From: Haliotis rufescens
Lineage: Eukaryota
Length of the DNA: 64,000 nucleotides
Reading direction: 5' to 3'
Assembly: GCF_023055435.1 (NCBI RefSeq)
Contig: NW_025963890.1
Coordinates: 36,270,001 to 36,334,000, forward strand
Below the pieces are notes generated by a model, which was given only the letters and a program-made list of their open reading frames with translations, was not told the DNA's origin and did no database searches. How positions within the stretch are numbered: position 1 is the stretch's first letter; the number at the start of each line of letters is the position of its first letter. Positions 39,922 through 53,592 of the stretch are shown piece after piece. A program made the translations under genes and the position numbers.

Positions 39922-40780
39922 GTCTGTGTTATGGTACTCTTGCAGTACAACACATTAGTACTGATGATTTAAACAAATAAGTTATTCTGCCAAAAGGGAA
40001 AAAGTAGTTTGAATATTTTTTGAAGATTATATAAATGATAACAAGCAATGTGGATGACAATGTCTTATTTACACTTGTCATCAATACAAATTGCTTGTCA
40101 TCTATCTCAACTTCTTCCATTCCAGATTAAACTATTAACAAGTTGCATAAAGGTAAGGCATTGTCATACACCTGTGTATCTGATGCAATATTCAATACTT
40201 TCTCTGCTAATACCTTCATTCTGTGAAGACAGCCTCGTCATGGATGGAGATGCAGAACAATTTCCATGGTTTCGTTACCACACTTTACAAGCTGTTAGCT
40301 ATGCATGCTTAATGTCATTACGCAGATGCATTCACCAGTGCATTTAAACTCCATTGATACTGTACAACAAATGAATGCACAACAATTAATCTGTATTGAA
40401 TTTATTTTCATGGATTTGATAAATCTTATCAGCAATAAAGATGTTGAAAATGTTACAGCATCATATATTACTGATACTTCATTCTTAAAAAAATTATAGT
40501 TATATGACACGACATTTTTTAATCTGTGTGATTTATACACCACACAATGTCTTTATATTTCAGTCCCAACCTGTTGACAGCAATCTAGACCAGGTCTGAT
40601 AAATTTGTTTCTTGTGATTTACAATACCAGCTGCACATAATATTCAAACACAGGGTTTCAAATGACATTGTTATCTGGAGTGAAGTTTAACTTGGACAGC
40701 TAGTTAAAAAAAATGGACTATTTCTAGGTCTAATTCTGACCACAAGGATGCAGGGGGAGATAATAGTAATTAAGGATAAG

Positions 40781-41482
40781 TATTGTAAGGCATACTTTGG
40801 TATCATACAGTGACAGTCACCTCATTGTAAGGTATACTTATGTATCATACAGTGACAGTCACCTCATTGTAAGGCCTACTTATGTATCAGAGTGCAGTCA
40901 CCTCATTGTAAGGTATACTTATGTATCATACAGTGACAGTCACCTCATTGTAAGGTATACTTATGTATCATACAGTGACAGTCACCTTATTGTAAGGTAT
41001 ACTTATGTATCATACAGTCACAGTCACCTCATTGTAAGGTATACTTATGTATCATACAGTCACCTCAGTGTAAGGTATACTTATGTATCATACAGTCACA
41101 GTCACCTCATTGTAAGGTATACTTATGTATCATACAGTGACAGTCACCTCATTGTAAGGTATACTTATGTATCATACATTGACAGTCACCTCATTGTAAG
41201 GCCTACTTATGTATCATACAGTTACAGTCACCTCATTGTAAGGTATACTTATGTATCATACAGTGACAGTCACCTCATTGTAAGGTATACTTATGTATCA
41301 TACAGTGACAGTCACCTCATTGTAAGGTATACTTATGTATCATACAGTGACAGTCACCTTATTGTAAGGTATACTTATGTATCATACAGTGACAGTCACC
41401 TTATTGTAAGGTATACTTATGTATCATACAGTGACAGTCACCTCATTGTAAGGCCTACTTATGTATCATACAGTGACAGTCA
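40781..41482. repeat. Minisatellite, 42-bp unit, about 16-17 copies
   Basis: Unit ATTGTAAGGTATACTTATGTATCATACAGTGACAGTCACCTC. It explains ORF 40797..41546. Confidence 0.97.
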
Positions 41483-41999
41483 GCTTCATTGTTCACCTAG
41501 ATGCGTTACCAGCTCTTTCGATACTCTACTGCTACATTACAAATAAATACACAAATTGCATTAGCCCACTGCCTTAAAATACTTGAAAATGTTTTTTCAA
41601 ATGAAGTTTTGTGATTGGGAAAAATGAATTTTAGCTGTCAAATTCAAGGAGCTAAAAGGTGATAGAAACATCTATTTGCCGTGTTTCACAGCTTTAGACT
41701 TGTCCTTTTGAACTTTCACCAACTTCAGCGTAGCATGGGTAATTAGACAGTGTCAGTGTAGCATGAAAAGCACATCTGACAGTTAGGTCTCTATTAAATC
41801 TTTACAATTTTCTATGGGCATTTGTCTATGACAACAAACATGTCTGGCTGAAATCTTTAGGCCTATGTTTATGGTGTTGATTACAGTCTAAGTGTTGTCA
41901 ATATCATACGATACCCTGCACAATGAGGTGTGACATGGATCTTGTCCCTTGTCAATGACCATCAAGTACAACACTGAAATCAACACCCCCAGTCTTGCA

Positions 42000-42157
42000 G
42001 GGGTCACCAAGCTCTGGGTCACTGCCTAGCCGAGGGGGGAGGGGGACCTGGGGTCACCAAGCTCTGGGTCACTGCCTAGCCGAGGGGGAGGGGGAACTGG
42101 GGTCACCAAGCTCTGGGTCACTGCCTAGCCGAGGGGGAGGGGGGAGGGGGAGGGGGA
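42000..42157. repeat. G-rich tandem repeat, about 50-bp unit, 3 copies
   Basis: GGGGTCACCAAGCTCTGGGTCACTGCCTAGCCGAGGGGGAGGGGGA.. three times, ending in (GGGGGA)4. Confidence 0.9.
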
Positions 42158-42234
42158 CGGATACTAAGCACTTGGTCAGGTCACTGCCTGCAAGGGAGAA
42201 GGGGTGGCCGTTGGTCTAATGGCTACTATCAGTG

Positions 42235-42248
42235 AGGTCAAGAGGTCA
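42235..42248 (+). promoter_or_regulatory. Perfect nuclear-receptor DR2 motif (AGGTCA-AG-AGGTCA)
   Basis: Exact consensus match only. Function is untested. Confidence 0.3.
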
Positions 42249-42484
42249 AGGATGAATGGGAACTGAGAAGTATGGGGAGCATGTCTACATAAGAAGTATG
42301 GCTACATAATGATTGTAATGATATATCTTTGATCTGACTGAGGAGATTGTCAAACAGTAGACAGACATTCTCATAAAGTTCCTGTCAAGGAGAAAGTTTG
42401 ATTGACAATCTCACTTCTCTTGGTAGTTTTAATGACAGCTTATGACTCATATTTGATGTACCAGTAACATATTTATTTTAGTGT

Positions 42485-42725
42485 GTGAGTCAGTGAGTTG
42501 GGTTTGGCGCCGCTTTTAACTGCATTCCAGTTATATCACGGCATGTCAGCTTAATGTGGAAGGAAAGCCCAAAGTGATGCAGGTCTCAGATGTTTACCAC
42601 TTCTGTAAAACCCACGAGCATGTTTATAGTGCTGACAAACCTAGAAACATAATCAGGGCGAACCGGCATCCGAACCCACAATCATAGGTTCCTGGCGTGC
42701 CCAAGGGACGCAATTATGCACAGCA
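42485..42725 (-). mobile_element. SINE family D
   Basis: Closely similar to 62132-62362 (GGAAAGCCCAAAGTGATGCAGGTCTCAGA..GCTGACAAACCTAGAAACATAATC). Confidence 0.85.
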
Positions 42726-42977
42726 ATATTTTAGTGTAATTTATATATATATATATGTTATTGATGCAAAATTAACATAAAATTAGATATTTTTTTAAAA
42801 TGTAAAACAAATGCTTCATGATACAATGTTGATGAAACAAACAATACAGACAAATATTGGATTCGGAGTCACAACAAGCAGATCCTGAAAGCACAAAGGG
42901 ATCCAGCTCTACAGTACAGCAATTTGTACAGCAATTGTACAGTCCTATAGCAATGGGCCTACCCTTACCCCTTTAAA

Positions 42978-43334
42978 GAGTGCGTGAGTTGGATTATTGT
43001 TTGTTTGTTGTTTAATGCTGCACCCTGCAATATTCCAGTTGTATGATGGCAGCCTGTAAATAATTGACTCTGGACCAGACAATCCAGTGATTGACATCAT
43101 GAGCATCAGTCTACACAATTAGGATACGATGACAACCATCTCAGCTTGATGTGGAATAACGCTTAAGTGATGCAGGTCTAAGATGTGTACCAGCTTGGTG
43201 AAATCCTCAAGCCCAGGTATTGTGCTGACAAACCTAGAAACATACTCCATGGTGAAAGTTTCAGGCATGCTTAAGGAACCCAGCTTAGAAATGTGCATTG
43301 CAGTGCCTTCAACGACTAGGTCACCTGTGCCCCT
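42978..43334 (-). mobile_element. Composite SINE: family D head and body joined to the family B 3' half
   Basis: 43000-43133 matches family B and 43140-43334 matches family D. Confidence 0.7.
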
Positions 43335-43954
43335 GACCTGTTGACAGCAAAATTACAGGTATTACCAAAGGATGATTTAGTAACGCCTCACCCGGATATG
43401 GTAACACACAACCAGCCAAGTCATAGCAGGACACGTTTTTCTGGTTAATGAGTAGCCTTACTCAACTCCAAACACAGTTACCACTAGATTTCCATTACCG
43501 GTACATGATGATGACCTTGAAACTGCATCAGCATCCCCTGCTATTACGTTTAATCAAATGTAACAATAAGTCAAATGTTTCAGTAATATATTCTCCGTAC
43601 CACAGCTTTAACTCATACATGAATACATGTGTAGTTGGACGTTACCAAGGCAATGTCTGATGTCATAGAAACTGGCTGGAGATAAAGGCAGTATGGAGGC
43701 CACAACTGAGGGGATTGTTTTGGTATAAAGACAAACTCCCACTGTTCACTAGCCTGGGACCACCACATCAGCTTGGGCATTCTGGACAATAGTTTTCACA
43801 ATCTCACACAAAGGACCTTTTTATTGAAGAAACACAGCTGCATCCTGTAGAGACCATGCTAACTGGTTGATAAGGAAAATCAATCTTTGTTATCAAATTA
43901 CAAACAGAAAAACAAATAGTACTGCAAAACACTGCACAAAACTTCAACAGCATC

Positions 43955-45356
43955 ACTATAACAGCACACAGCTGCATTCAACTGCAACAGCACAACACTA
44001 CATTCAACTGCGACAGCACATTGCATTCAACTACAACAGCACATTGCATTAAACTACAACAGCACAACATTGCATTCAACTGCAACAGCACATTGCACTC
44101 AACTGCAACAGCACAACATTGCATTCAACTGCAACAGTACAACATTGCATTCAACTGCAACAGCACAACATTGCATTCAACTGCAACAGCACATTGCACT
44201 CAACTGCAACAGCACAACATTGCATTCAACTACAACAGCACAACATTGCATTCAACTGCAACAGCACAACATTGCATTCAACTACAACAGCACAACACTG
44301 CATTCAACTGCAACAGCACATTGCACTCAACTGCAACAGCAGAACTTTGCATTCAACTGCAACAACACAACACTACATTCAACTGCGACAGTGCAACCCT
44401 GCATTCAACTACAACAGCACATTGCATTCAACTGCAACAGCACATTGCATTCAACTGTAACAGCACAACATTGCATTCAACTACAACAGCACAACATTGA
44501 ATTCAACTAAAACAGCACAACATTGCATTCAACTACAACAGCACAACCCTGCATTCAACTACAACAGCACAACACTGCATTCAACTACAACAGCACAACC
44601 CTGCATTCAACTACAACAGCACAACCCTGCATTCAACTACAACAGCACAACACTGCATTCAACTAAAACAGCACAACACTGCATTCAACTACAACATCAC
44701 AACCCTGCATTCAACTACAACAGCACAACCCTGCATTCAACTACAACAGTACAACTATGCATTCAACTACAACAGCACAACACTGCATTCAACTAAAACA
44801 GCACAACACTGCATTCAACTAAAACAGCACAACACTGCATTCAACTACAACAGCAAACCCTGCATTCAACTAAAACAGCACAACACTGCATTCAACTAAA
44901 ACAGCACAACACTGCATTCAACTACAACAGTACAACACTGCATTCAACTACAACAGCACAACCCTACATTCAACTAAAACAGCACAACACTGCATTCAAC
45001 TAAAACAGCACAACACTGAATTCAACTACAACAGCACAACACTGCATTCAACTAAAACAGCACAACACTGCATTCAACTAAAACAGCACAACCCTGCATT
45101 CAACTACAACAGCACAACACTGCATTCAACTACAACAGCACAACCCTGCATTCAACTATAACAGCACAACACTGCATTCAACTACAACAGCACAACCCTA
45201 CATTCAACTAAAACAGCACAACACTGCATTCAACTAAAACATCACAACACTGCATTCAACTACAACAGTACAACACTGCATTCAACTACAACAGCACAAC
45301 ACTGCATTCAACTACAACAGCACAACACTGCATTCAACTATAACATCACAACCCTG
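43955..45356. repeat. Minisatellite, 26-bp unit with 23-bp variants
   Basis: Unit CA(T/C)TGCATTCAACT(A/G)CAACAGCACAA. Confidence 0.96.
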
Positions 45357-46063
45357 CTCAGCATGTCCACAAACAGGCTAATGTAATACTGTATAATGAT
45401 CATCTTGTAGATACAAATGGTATGAATATATATATGCTCTCAAGGCTGTTGGCAATCAAGTGTACATACTCCACAGAGAGGTGCTCATAAAATCCTCTAT
45501 AAGCCATTGTTTACCTGACAGGTGGTACCACTGTTAAAACTACTACACCAAGTACTGCTGCAGTTGTCTCCCTTGACAAATAACGTCCAGCATTTGGTGA
45601 AGCAACAATGTATGCTGTGTTCCCGATCCCAAGCCTACTGGTTACTAGCCAGCTCAGCGGACTTGATTTATAATATTCAGGCCTGATTTTCAATTAAAAT
45701 AGACAAAATTGAACTCTATTGATTTTATGTGTGGTTATATTTGGAATATCAGAAATACAATGGATAGGTGTTCAACTAAAAATGATGTCTGTATATAAAT
45801 CATTCATTGTCACTGAGAGCAAAACAATTCCAACACATGGTTGTCCAAGCTCCGACCCAGCTTTTGGCGTACTGACTTGTTGTCTATGGTACATTAATTC
45901 CTGGCACGAACCCCCCTAATAACAACACAGTAGCAGGTGTCACTGCAGGAATAGGGAGTTCAAAGGTAACTTTCAGTGATACATGTTGGTTAGCACTGGA
46001 TATAATTGAAACTGATGTTTGAAACTCATGTCTGTATGTTGTTTAATGTCTCAATGTCTCAAT

Positions 46064-46221
46064 GGGCAGTGCAGTAGGCAAACAATCAAGTGTTCACTCG
46101 CCATGCTGAAAGCCTGGGTTCAATTCCTGACATGGGTACAATGTGCGAAGCCCATTTCTGGTGTCCCCAGTTGCGATATTGCTAGAATAGTGCTAAAAAT
46201 GAATGAAATTCACTCACACAC
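46064..46221 (+). mobile_element. SINE family A (plus strand, degenerate)
   Basis: GGGTTCAATTCC..ATGGGTACAATGTGCGAAGCCCATTTCTGGTGTCCCC..CACTCAC. Confidence 0.8.
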
Positions 46222-46632
46222 TTTTTACAAAAATCGTGTAAGTGTATATGAAATGTACACACATTACTGCACTCCACAACCTGTAAGATCTGTATATAAA
46301 CGGGGCAAATGTCACGCGTGATGGCTGATATCCCAACGCACATGTCTGTGTCTGCACCATCACCTACACTAGAGCAGTTAATTACTCTTTGACCCTCCTG
46401 ATATGAACGTGAGTACAGTCCTGGACTTACTAATCTGAACAACTGGTACCTGGTACAAGAACAGCTGACCTCCTCAACTCTTATCAATGTCTCCTTGTCT
46501 GTCTCCCACCACCCGGAGGATTTAACGAAAAATTGAATCCAACTCAAAAACAATTGAATTATGTCTTAACAATGACATTATCTGATAATATGATTATTAC
46601 CCTTGTATGTTTTCATATCATGATACACATGG

Positions 46633-46851
46633 AATCCGCACTAGAATTGATATTCAGCCACCAATGATTATCGTAAGAGGTAACTAACGGTTAGACCCAA
46701 TGACTTGGTTGATGCATGTCATTGTATCCCAATTGATACTCATGATGTCAATTACTGGATTGCCTGGTCCAGATTCGTTAATTTACAGACCGCCGTCATA
46801 TGGCTGGAATGTTGCTGAGTGCGGTGTTGAAAACACCAAACCAAACAAACC
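46633..46851 (+). mobile_element. SINE family B
   Basis: CGTAAGAGGTAACTAACGG core, GGTCCAGA.TCG..ATTTACAGACCGCCGTCATA, and the shared tail. Confidence 0.82.
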
Positions 46852-46871
46852 ATATCATAAATATCATAATA

Positions 46872-47059
46872 GGACTATAAAATACGGTTAACTATGGTGA
46901 TAGCGAACTCAAACGAACCCCTTATTTAGTTTATTATAACTGTATATTATACTGTTCGTTATAAGCATATATACAGCAAATGGCTTGAACAAAAAATATA
47001 TGTTAGTCATATCTGTCAGTTCACTATAAGCGTGTTCATTATCAACGCAATTTACAGTA
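46872..47059. mobile_element. Degenerate Tigger-like MITE
   Basis: Repeated GTTC(G/A).TATAAGC motifs and a right terminus ..TTTACAGTA. The left terminus is degraded. Confidence 0.45.
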
Positions 47060-47304
47060 TGTATTACAGTATGTTCAGGAAAAGTTCGCCTAATACAATT
47101 CTCATTCCTCTGATATGCTATTATGATAAGGAAACACTTCGCAAATGGTCTCCAGCAATCCATTATTTGAAGCATGCACAAATACTTGGCTATTATGTAC
47201 ACAAGATTAATAGTCTTAATAACTTGTCAACATGCAATATCTGGCAATAACTACAGACATTAAAGTGAGAAAACTGACAACACATTTGGTTATGATCCAG
47301 ACCC

Positions 47305-48292
47305 CGATATGAAACGTACACCAACTTCAGCGATGTGAAACTTACACCCACTTTAGCGATGTGAAGCATACACCCATTTCAGCGATATGAAACACACCCA
47401 CTTCAGCGATATGAAACATACACCCACTTCGGCAATAAGAAACATACACCCACTTCGGCGATATGAAACATACACCCACTTCGGTGATATGAAACATACA
47501 CCCACTTCAGCGATATGAAACATACACCAACTTCGGTGATATGAAACATACACCCACTTCAGCGATATGAAACATACACCAACTTCAGCGATAGGAAACA
47601 CACCCACTTCAGCAATATAAAACATACACCCACTTCAGCGATATGAAACATGCACCCACTTCAGCGATATGAAACATACACCCACTTCGGCAATAAGAAA
47701 CATACACCCACTTCAGCGATATGAAACATGCACCCACTTCGGTGATATGAAACATACACCCACTTCAGCGATATGAAACATACACCAACTTCAGCGATAG
47801 GAAACACACCCACTTCAGCAATATAAAACATGCACCCACTTCAGCGATATGAAACATACACCCACTTCAGCGATAGGAAACACACAACCACATCGGCGAT
47901 ATGAAACATACATCCACTTCAGCAATATGAAACATACACCCACTTCAGCGATAGGAAACACACAGCTACATCGGCGATATGAAACATACACCCACTTCAG
48001 CGATATGAAACATGCACCCACTTCAGCGATATGAAACATGCACCCACTTCAGCGATATGAAACATACACCAACTTCAGTGATAGGAAACACACAACAACA
48101 TCAGCGATATGAAACATACACCCACTTCAGTGATATGAAACATACACCCACTTCAGCGATAGGAACACACCCACTTCGGCGATATGAAACATACACCCAC
48201 TTCAGCGATATGAAACATGCACCCACTTCAGCGATATGAAACATACACCCACTTCAGCGATAGGAAACACACCCACTTCAGCGATATGAAAT
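47305..48292. repeat. Minisatellite, 26-bp unit with 24-bp variants
   Basis: Unit GATATGAAACATACACCCACTTCAGC. Confidence 0.96.
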
Positions 48293-48765
48293 GTACATCT
48301 TTCAGTAGTCATGACTGACCCAGATAGCTAAACATTTCCCAATCAGGCCTGGCACAACAGTAAACAAGGTAACATATGGAACATGATCAAACCTGCCAGT
48401 GTACATGTTTAATTGAAGCAAAAATTATTGAACATGCGTTACAATCACAACTCGAGCAACAGCTTGGTGACAATTGGCCTACATTCTTGAAAATGAGTCA
48501 TGATATTGAATCATGTGAGCAATTGTATTCAAACAGGAAACAGTTTCACCTCCTTTTATCTAAATGTATACATGATTATATATCTTTGTGTGTACAATTC
48601 CATGTGTCTGTCTCTTCAAAAATGTCCTCACCTCAAGGACGACCATTGCCCTACCCACCATCGCTAATAATATACATGGTATTTGATATGTTACACACAG
48701 TGGTACCACTCCCACATTCAAATAAAAAGTACAAAGACTGCACTGACATTTAAATGAAATTGGGA

Positions 48766-48897
48766 GTGAGTGAGTATGGTTGTATGCTGCTTTTAGCTAT
48801 TTGTGCAGTTGGGGACCCCAGGACTTCACACATTGTACCCCTGTCGGGAATCAAACCCGGGCCTTAACACTTTAACCACTGGGCTACCCCACCCCCC
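48766..48897 (-). mobile_element. SINE family A (internally deleted)
   Basis: Shares head, CTTCACACATTGTACC core and tail with the other copies. Confidence 0.8.
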
Positions 48898-50089
48898 TTA
48901 ACTGAAATTGGAAAAGTAATCTGACTGTTTATTAAATGTTTAGTATATTTCATATCCTATTTTCTTTCATATTAGAGTGGTGTTTTAAACGATTGTCATC
49001 AATATCAGAGTTGAATGTATTACATTCACATGCGTATGTGATTCATGTTCAACAGTAGAGTCAGCATTATTCCAGCAATATCATTACAGCCTGTAAATAT
49101 TCAGCTTGTCACACAAGCATATCTCTTTGGCCTTTCATGATCTAAACATTTTATAAAGATTAGGTTTAATTTTTCTCTCTCATTCTTTATTGAGATTTTT
49201 GTTTTCAACATGAATCAACAAAGATTTTCATCAACTTACCCCTTTCTTATTTTCTGTTTTCTAACACTGTTCCTGAATGTCCAATGTTTTAAACCTGGAG
49301 TGACATCTACAAACTTACTGAAATGAATGCACCTAGGCTGCATCGACATGGTCATAGGATACTGTGACAGGGAGGGTATTTGTACACCTGATAACATATG
49401 ATACCGTCAGTGGGTATTTGTACACATGACCATACTGCTGACATTAGAACTAAAATTACAAATGCACTTTTAATCACGCTAAAACAAACCTGATACTCAA
49501 ACAAACCTCAACACCAGATTAAAACCACATCAAACATCAAACAGATTAAGCCTGTGCCTTGGGTTAAAGTGACAGTTGCACATAACATCAATACCAGAAT
49601 ATAAGATGTCACCATGACCTTAGTCATGACTGTCGTAATATATTTATATTACTAAAAGCCTAGGCAAGTCTAGATCAAACTATACCCAGTCTAGTTTCTT
49701 TGATTCCACCAAAAAAATTATAATTATTTAAAAAAAATGTTTTCATAGACTAAGTTTTAGTCTACCATGACATATGATTATTTATTAGTGGTATTTTGGG
49801 AGACTGTTTTATTTACATAGAATTTGTTTCACATCTGAAATTGGCTTTTAAATAGAGTTAATTTGATAGATTCAAAACATGTTCCACCCGTTGATTATCA
49901 TTCCTTCCATGTCAGCTGGCCCCACCTGGATGATTCATACAGGTATGAGATGCATGCTAGTAACTCCAGGATCTGCTGGCTGTATATATAACTCAGCTGG
50001 GCTCAACTGCATTTAGATTATCTTATTGTAACACCCACCCACATGTTTACAGAGTGTCACCCACACTTTATATGTTGAATGTAACAGGC

Positions 50090-52518
50090 CGACACCCACA
50101 TTGTATACATTGTATGTACAGAATGACAGCCACATTGGATACATTGCATATACAGAATGACATCAACATTGTATACATTGTATATACAGAATGACATCAA
50201 CATTGTATGTACAGAATGACACCCACATTGGATACATTGCATATACAGAATGACATCAACATTGTATACATTGTATATACAGAATGACATCAACATTGTA
50301 TATACAGAATGACACCCACATTGGATACATTGTATATACAGAATGACATCAACATTGTATACATTGTATATACAGAATGACATCAACATTGTGTACATTG
50401 TATATACAGAATGACATCAACATTGGATACATTGTATATACAGAATGACACCCACATTGTATACATTGTATATACAGAATGACACCCACATTGTATACAT
50501 TGTATATACAGAATGACACCCACATTGGATACATTGCATATACAGAATGACACCTACATTGTATACATTGCATATACAGAATGACACCTGCATTGTATAC
50601 ATTGTATATACAGAATGACACCCGCATTGTATACATTGTATATACAGAATGACACCCACATTGTATACATTGTATATACAGAATGACACCCGCATTGTAT
50701 ACATTGTATATACAGAATGACATCAACATTGTATGTATTGTATATACAGAATGACATCAACATTGTATACATTGTATATACAGAATGACACCCACATTGT
50801 ATACATTGTATATACAGAATGACACCCACATTGTATACATTGTATATACAGAATGACACCCAAATTGTATACATTGTATATACAGAATGACCCCCGAATT
50901 GTATACATTGTATTTACAGAATGACATCAACATTGTATGTATTGTATATACAGAATGACATCAACATTGTATACATTGTATATACAGAATGACACCCACA
51001 TTGTATACATTGTATATACAGAATGACACCCACATTGTACACATTGTATATACAGAATGACACCCGCATTGTATACATTGTATATACAGAATGACATCAA
51101 CATTGTATGTATTGTATATACAGAATGACATTAACATTGTATACATTGTATATACAGAATGACACCCACATTGTATACATTGTATATACAGAATGACATC
51201 AACATTGTATACATTGTATATACAGAATGACACCCACATTGTATACATTGTATATACAGAATGACATCAACATTGTATGTATTGTATATACAGAATGACA
51301 TCAACATTGTATACATTGTATATACAGAATGACATCAACATTGTATACATTGTATATACAGAATGACACCCACATTGTATACATTGTATATACAGAATGA
51401 CACCCACATTGTATACATTGTATATACAGAATGACACCCACATTGTATACATTGTATATACAGAATGACATCAACATTGTATACATTGTATATACAGAAT
51501 GACACCCACATTGTATACATTGTATATACAGAATGACATCAACATTGTATACATTGTATATACAGAATGACACCCACATTGTATACATTGTATATACAGA
51601 ATGACATCAACATTGTATGTATTGTATATACAGAATGACATCAACATTGTATACATTGTATATACAGAATGACATCAACATTGTATACATTGTATATACA
51701 GAATGACACCCACATTGTATACATTGTATATACAGAATGACATCAACATTGTATACATTGTATATACAGAATGACACCCACATTGTATACATTGTATATA
51801 CAGAATGACATCAACATTGTATGTATTGTATATACAGAATGACATCAACATTGTATACATTGTATATACAGAATGACATCAACATTGTATACATTGTATA
51901 TACAGAATGACACCCACATTGTATACATTGTATATACAGAATGACATCAACATTGTATACATTGTATATACAGAATGACACCCACATTGTATACATTGTA
52001 TATACAGAATGACATCAACATTGTATACATTGTATATACAGAATGACACCCACATTGTATACATTGTATATACAGAATGACATCAACATTGTATACATTG
52101 TATATACAGAATGACACCCACATTGTATACATTGTATATACAGAATGACATCAACATTGTATGTATTGTATATACAGAATGACATCAACATTGTATACAT
52201 TGTATATACAGAATGACATCAACATTGTATACATTGTATATACAGAATGACACCCACATTGTATACATTGTATATATAGAATGACACCCACATTGTATAC
52301 ATTGTATATACAGAATGACACCCACATTGTATACATTGTATATACAGAATGACATCAACATTGTATACATTGTATATACAGAATGACATCAACATTGTAT
52401 ACATTGTATATACAGAATGACATCAACATTGTATACATTGTATATACAGAATGACACCCAAATTGTATACATTGTATATACAGAATGACCCCCGAATTGT
52501 ATACATTGTATTTACAGA
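50090..52518. repeat. AT-rich minisatellite, 34-bp unit, about 70 copies
   Basis: Unit ACATTGTATACATTGTATATACAGAATGACA(CCC/TCA). It explains the periodic ORFs at 50.0-52.4 kb. Confidence 0.98.
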
Positions 52519-52574
52519 CTGAGTAAGTGAGTTCAATTAATGACTGTTTTATTTTAGCTTTATTGTTTTGTTTT

Positions 52575-52690
52575 TTTGTTTTTTTAACGCCACACTCAAT
52601 ATTCCAGCTATATGATGGTGATATGATAGTCGCCTATTACAGCAAGCATGGGTTGCTGAAGACCTATTCTAGCCAGATCTTTACGGGTCA
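52575..52690 (-). mobile_element. SINE family B (internally deleted), at the edge of the 34-bp satellite
   Basis: Head and tail are present and the middle is missing. A degenerate satellite unit resumes at about 52695. Confidence 0.7.
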
Positions 52691-53555
52691 ATTCACAGAA
52701 TGACATCCACATTATATATCCATTGTATACATAAATGACATCCACAATATAATATTTATTTGTATGGATGTCAGTGGTTATCCTCATGAAATAATTACTG
52801 GATTCTGATCTATGAATATTGCTGATCATTCAGATTCAATAAGCCATGCTGCGCTGCTTTGTTATAGACAAAAACTACAGAGAATGATACTCAAAATCTA
52901 AACACATGTAAGCATTAATCCTCTATAAACGAACAACCCCAACAAAGGTAAGCAATTGCAAATAGTCCCAAGTGCTGACAACATCCATGAAATCAACATC
53001 TACAAATTTCCTGATTGACAGAAATATACACAAGGTAAATAGAAAACTAGAAGTAGGGAGTACAGCAAGCCAGGGATGTTTGAATGTCAATGACAAAGGT
53101 ATAATACTAGAATGTCGAAAGTCTCAGGAAATGTCTATTCAAAATGCAGGGCAGTTGGCTCATATATCATCCTAAACAATCAAGACAAACTGGCAGTTGG
53201 AAATCTGCACACAAAGACACTGATTCCAGTTTTACCTGTGACAACCTGAACATTTCAGGTCATGAATCTGAGGACAGACTGATCAATACAACCCGGCTGG
53301 CAGCCATCAACACTGTCGGTGGTGACATGTACAGTTAACATTGTCTACATCAAGTTGACGGTACCAACTATCACCATGTGGAGGTCCTACCTGTATGACT
53401 ACCTGTAGCATGACCTGTATCAACGACAGGGTAGCTCAACATCACTGGCGTGTTGTCAATTCAAATTTCCATCTCTTCTCAAACACCCATTGTCACTACA
53501 GACAAGTTTCAATCATTATGAAATATACGACAGTATGTGACTTGTAAGTACTCAC

Positions 53556-53592
53556 CGCTTATTACATTGCTGCGCCTAACCCATCGAGGCAT
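53556..53592 (-). CDS. Candidate alternative first coding exon, MPRWVRRSNVIS
   Basis: gaaATG start, 37 nt (12 codons + 1), donor AGCG|gtgagt in phase 1. In-frame stop upstream. CpG-rich leader (gtgcgcgtcg...). Confidence 0.6.

Noticed and set aside
40797-41546. 249-aa Tyr/Ser-rich repeat ORF
   Set aside because: It is a translation of the 42-bp satellite with a non-ATG start, antisense to the host gene. The frame is open because 42 is divisible by 3 and the unit has no stop in that frame.
44021-52404. Many periodic ORFs (Gln/His-rich and Cys/Tyr-rich)
   Set aside because: They are translations of the 26-bp and 34-bp satellites.
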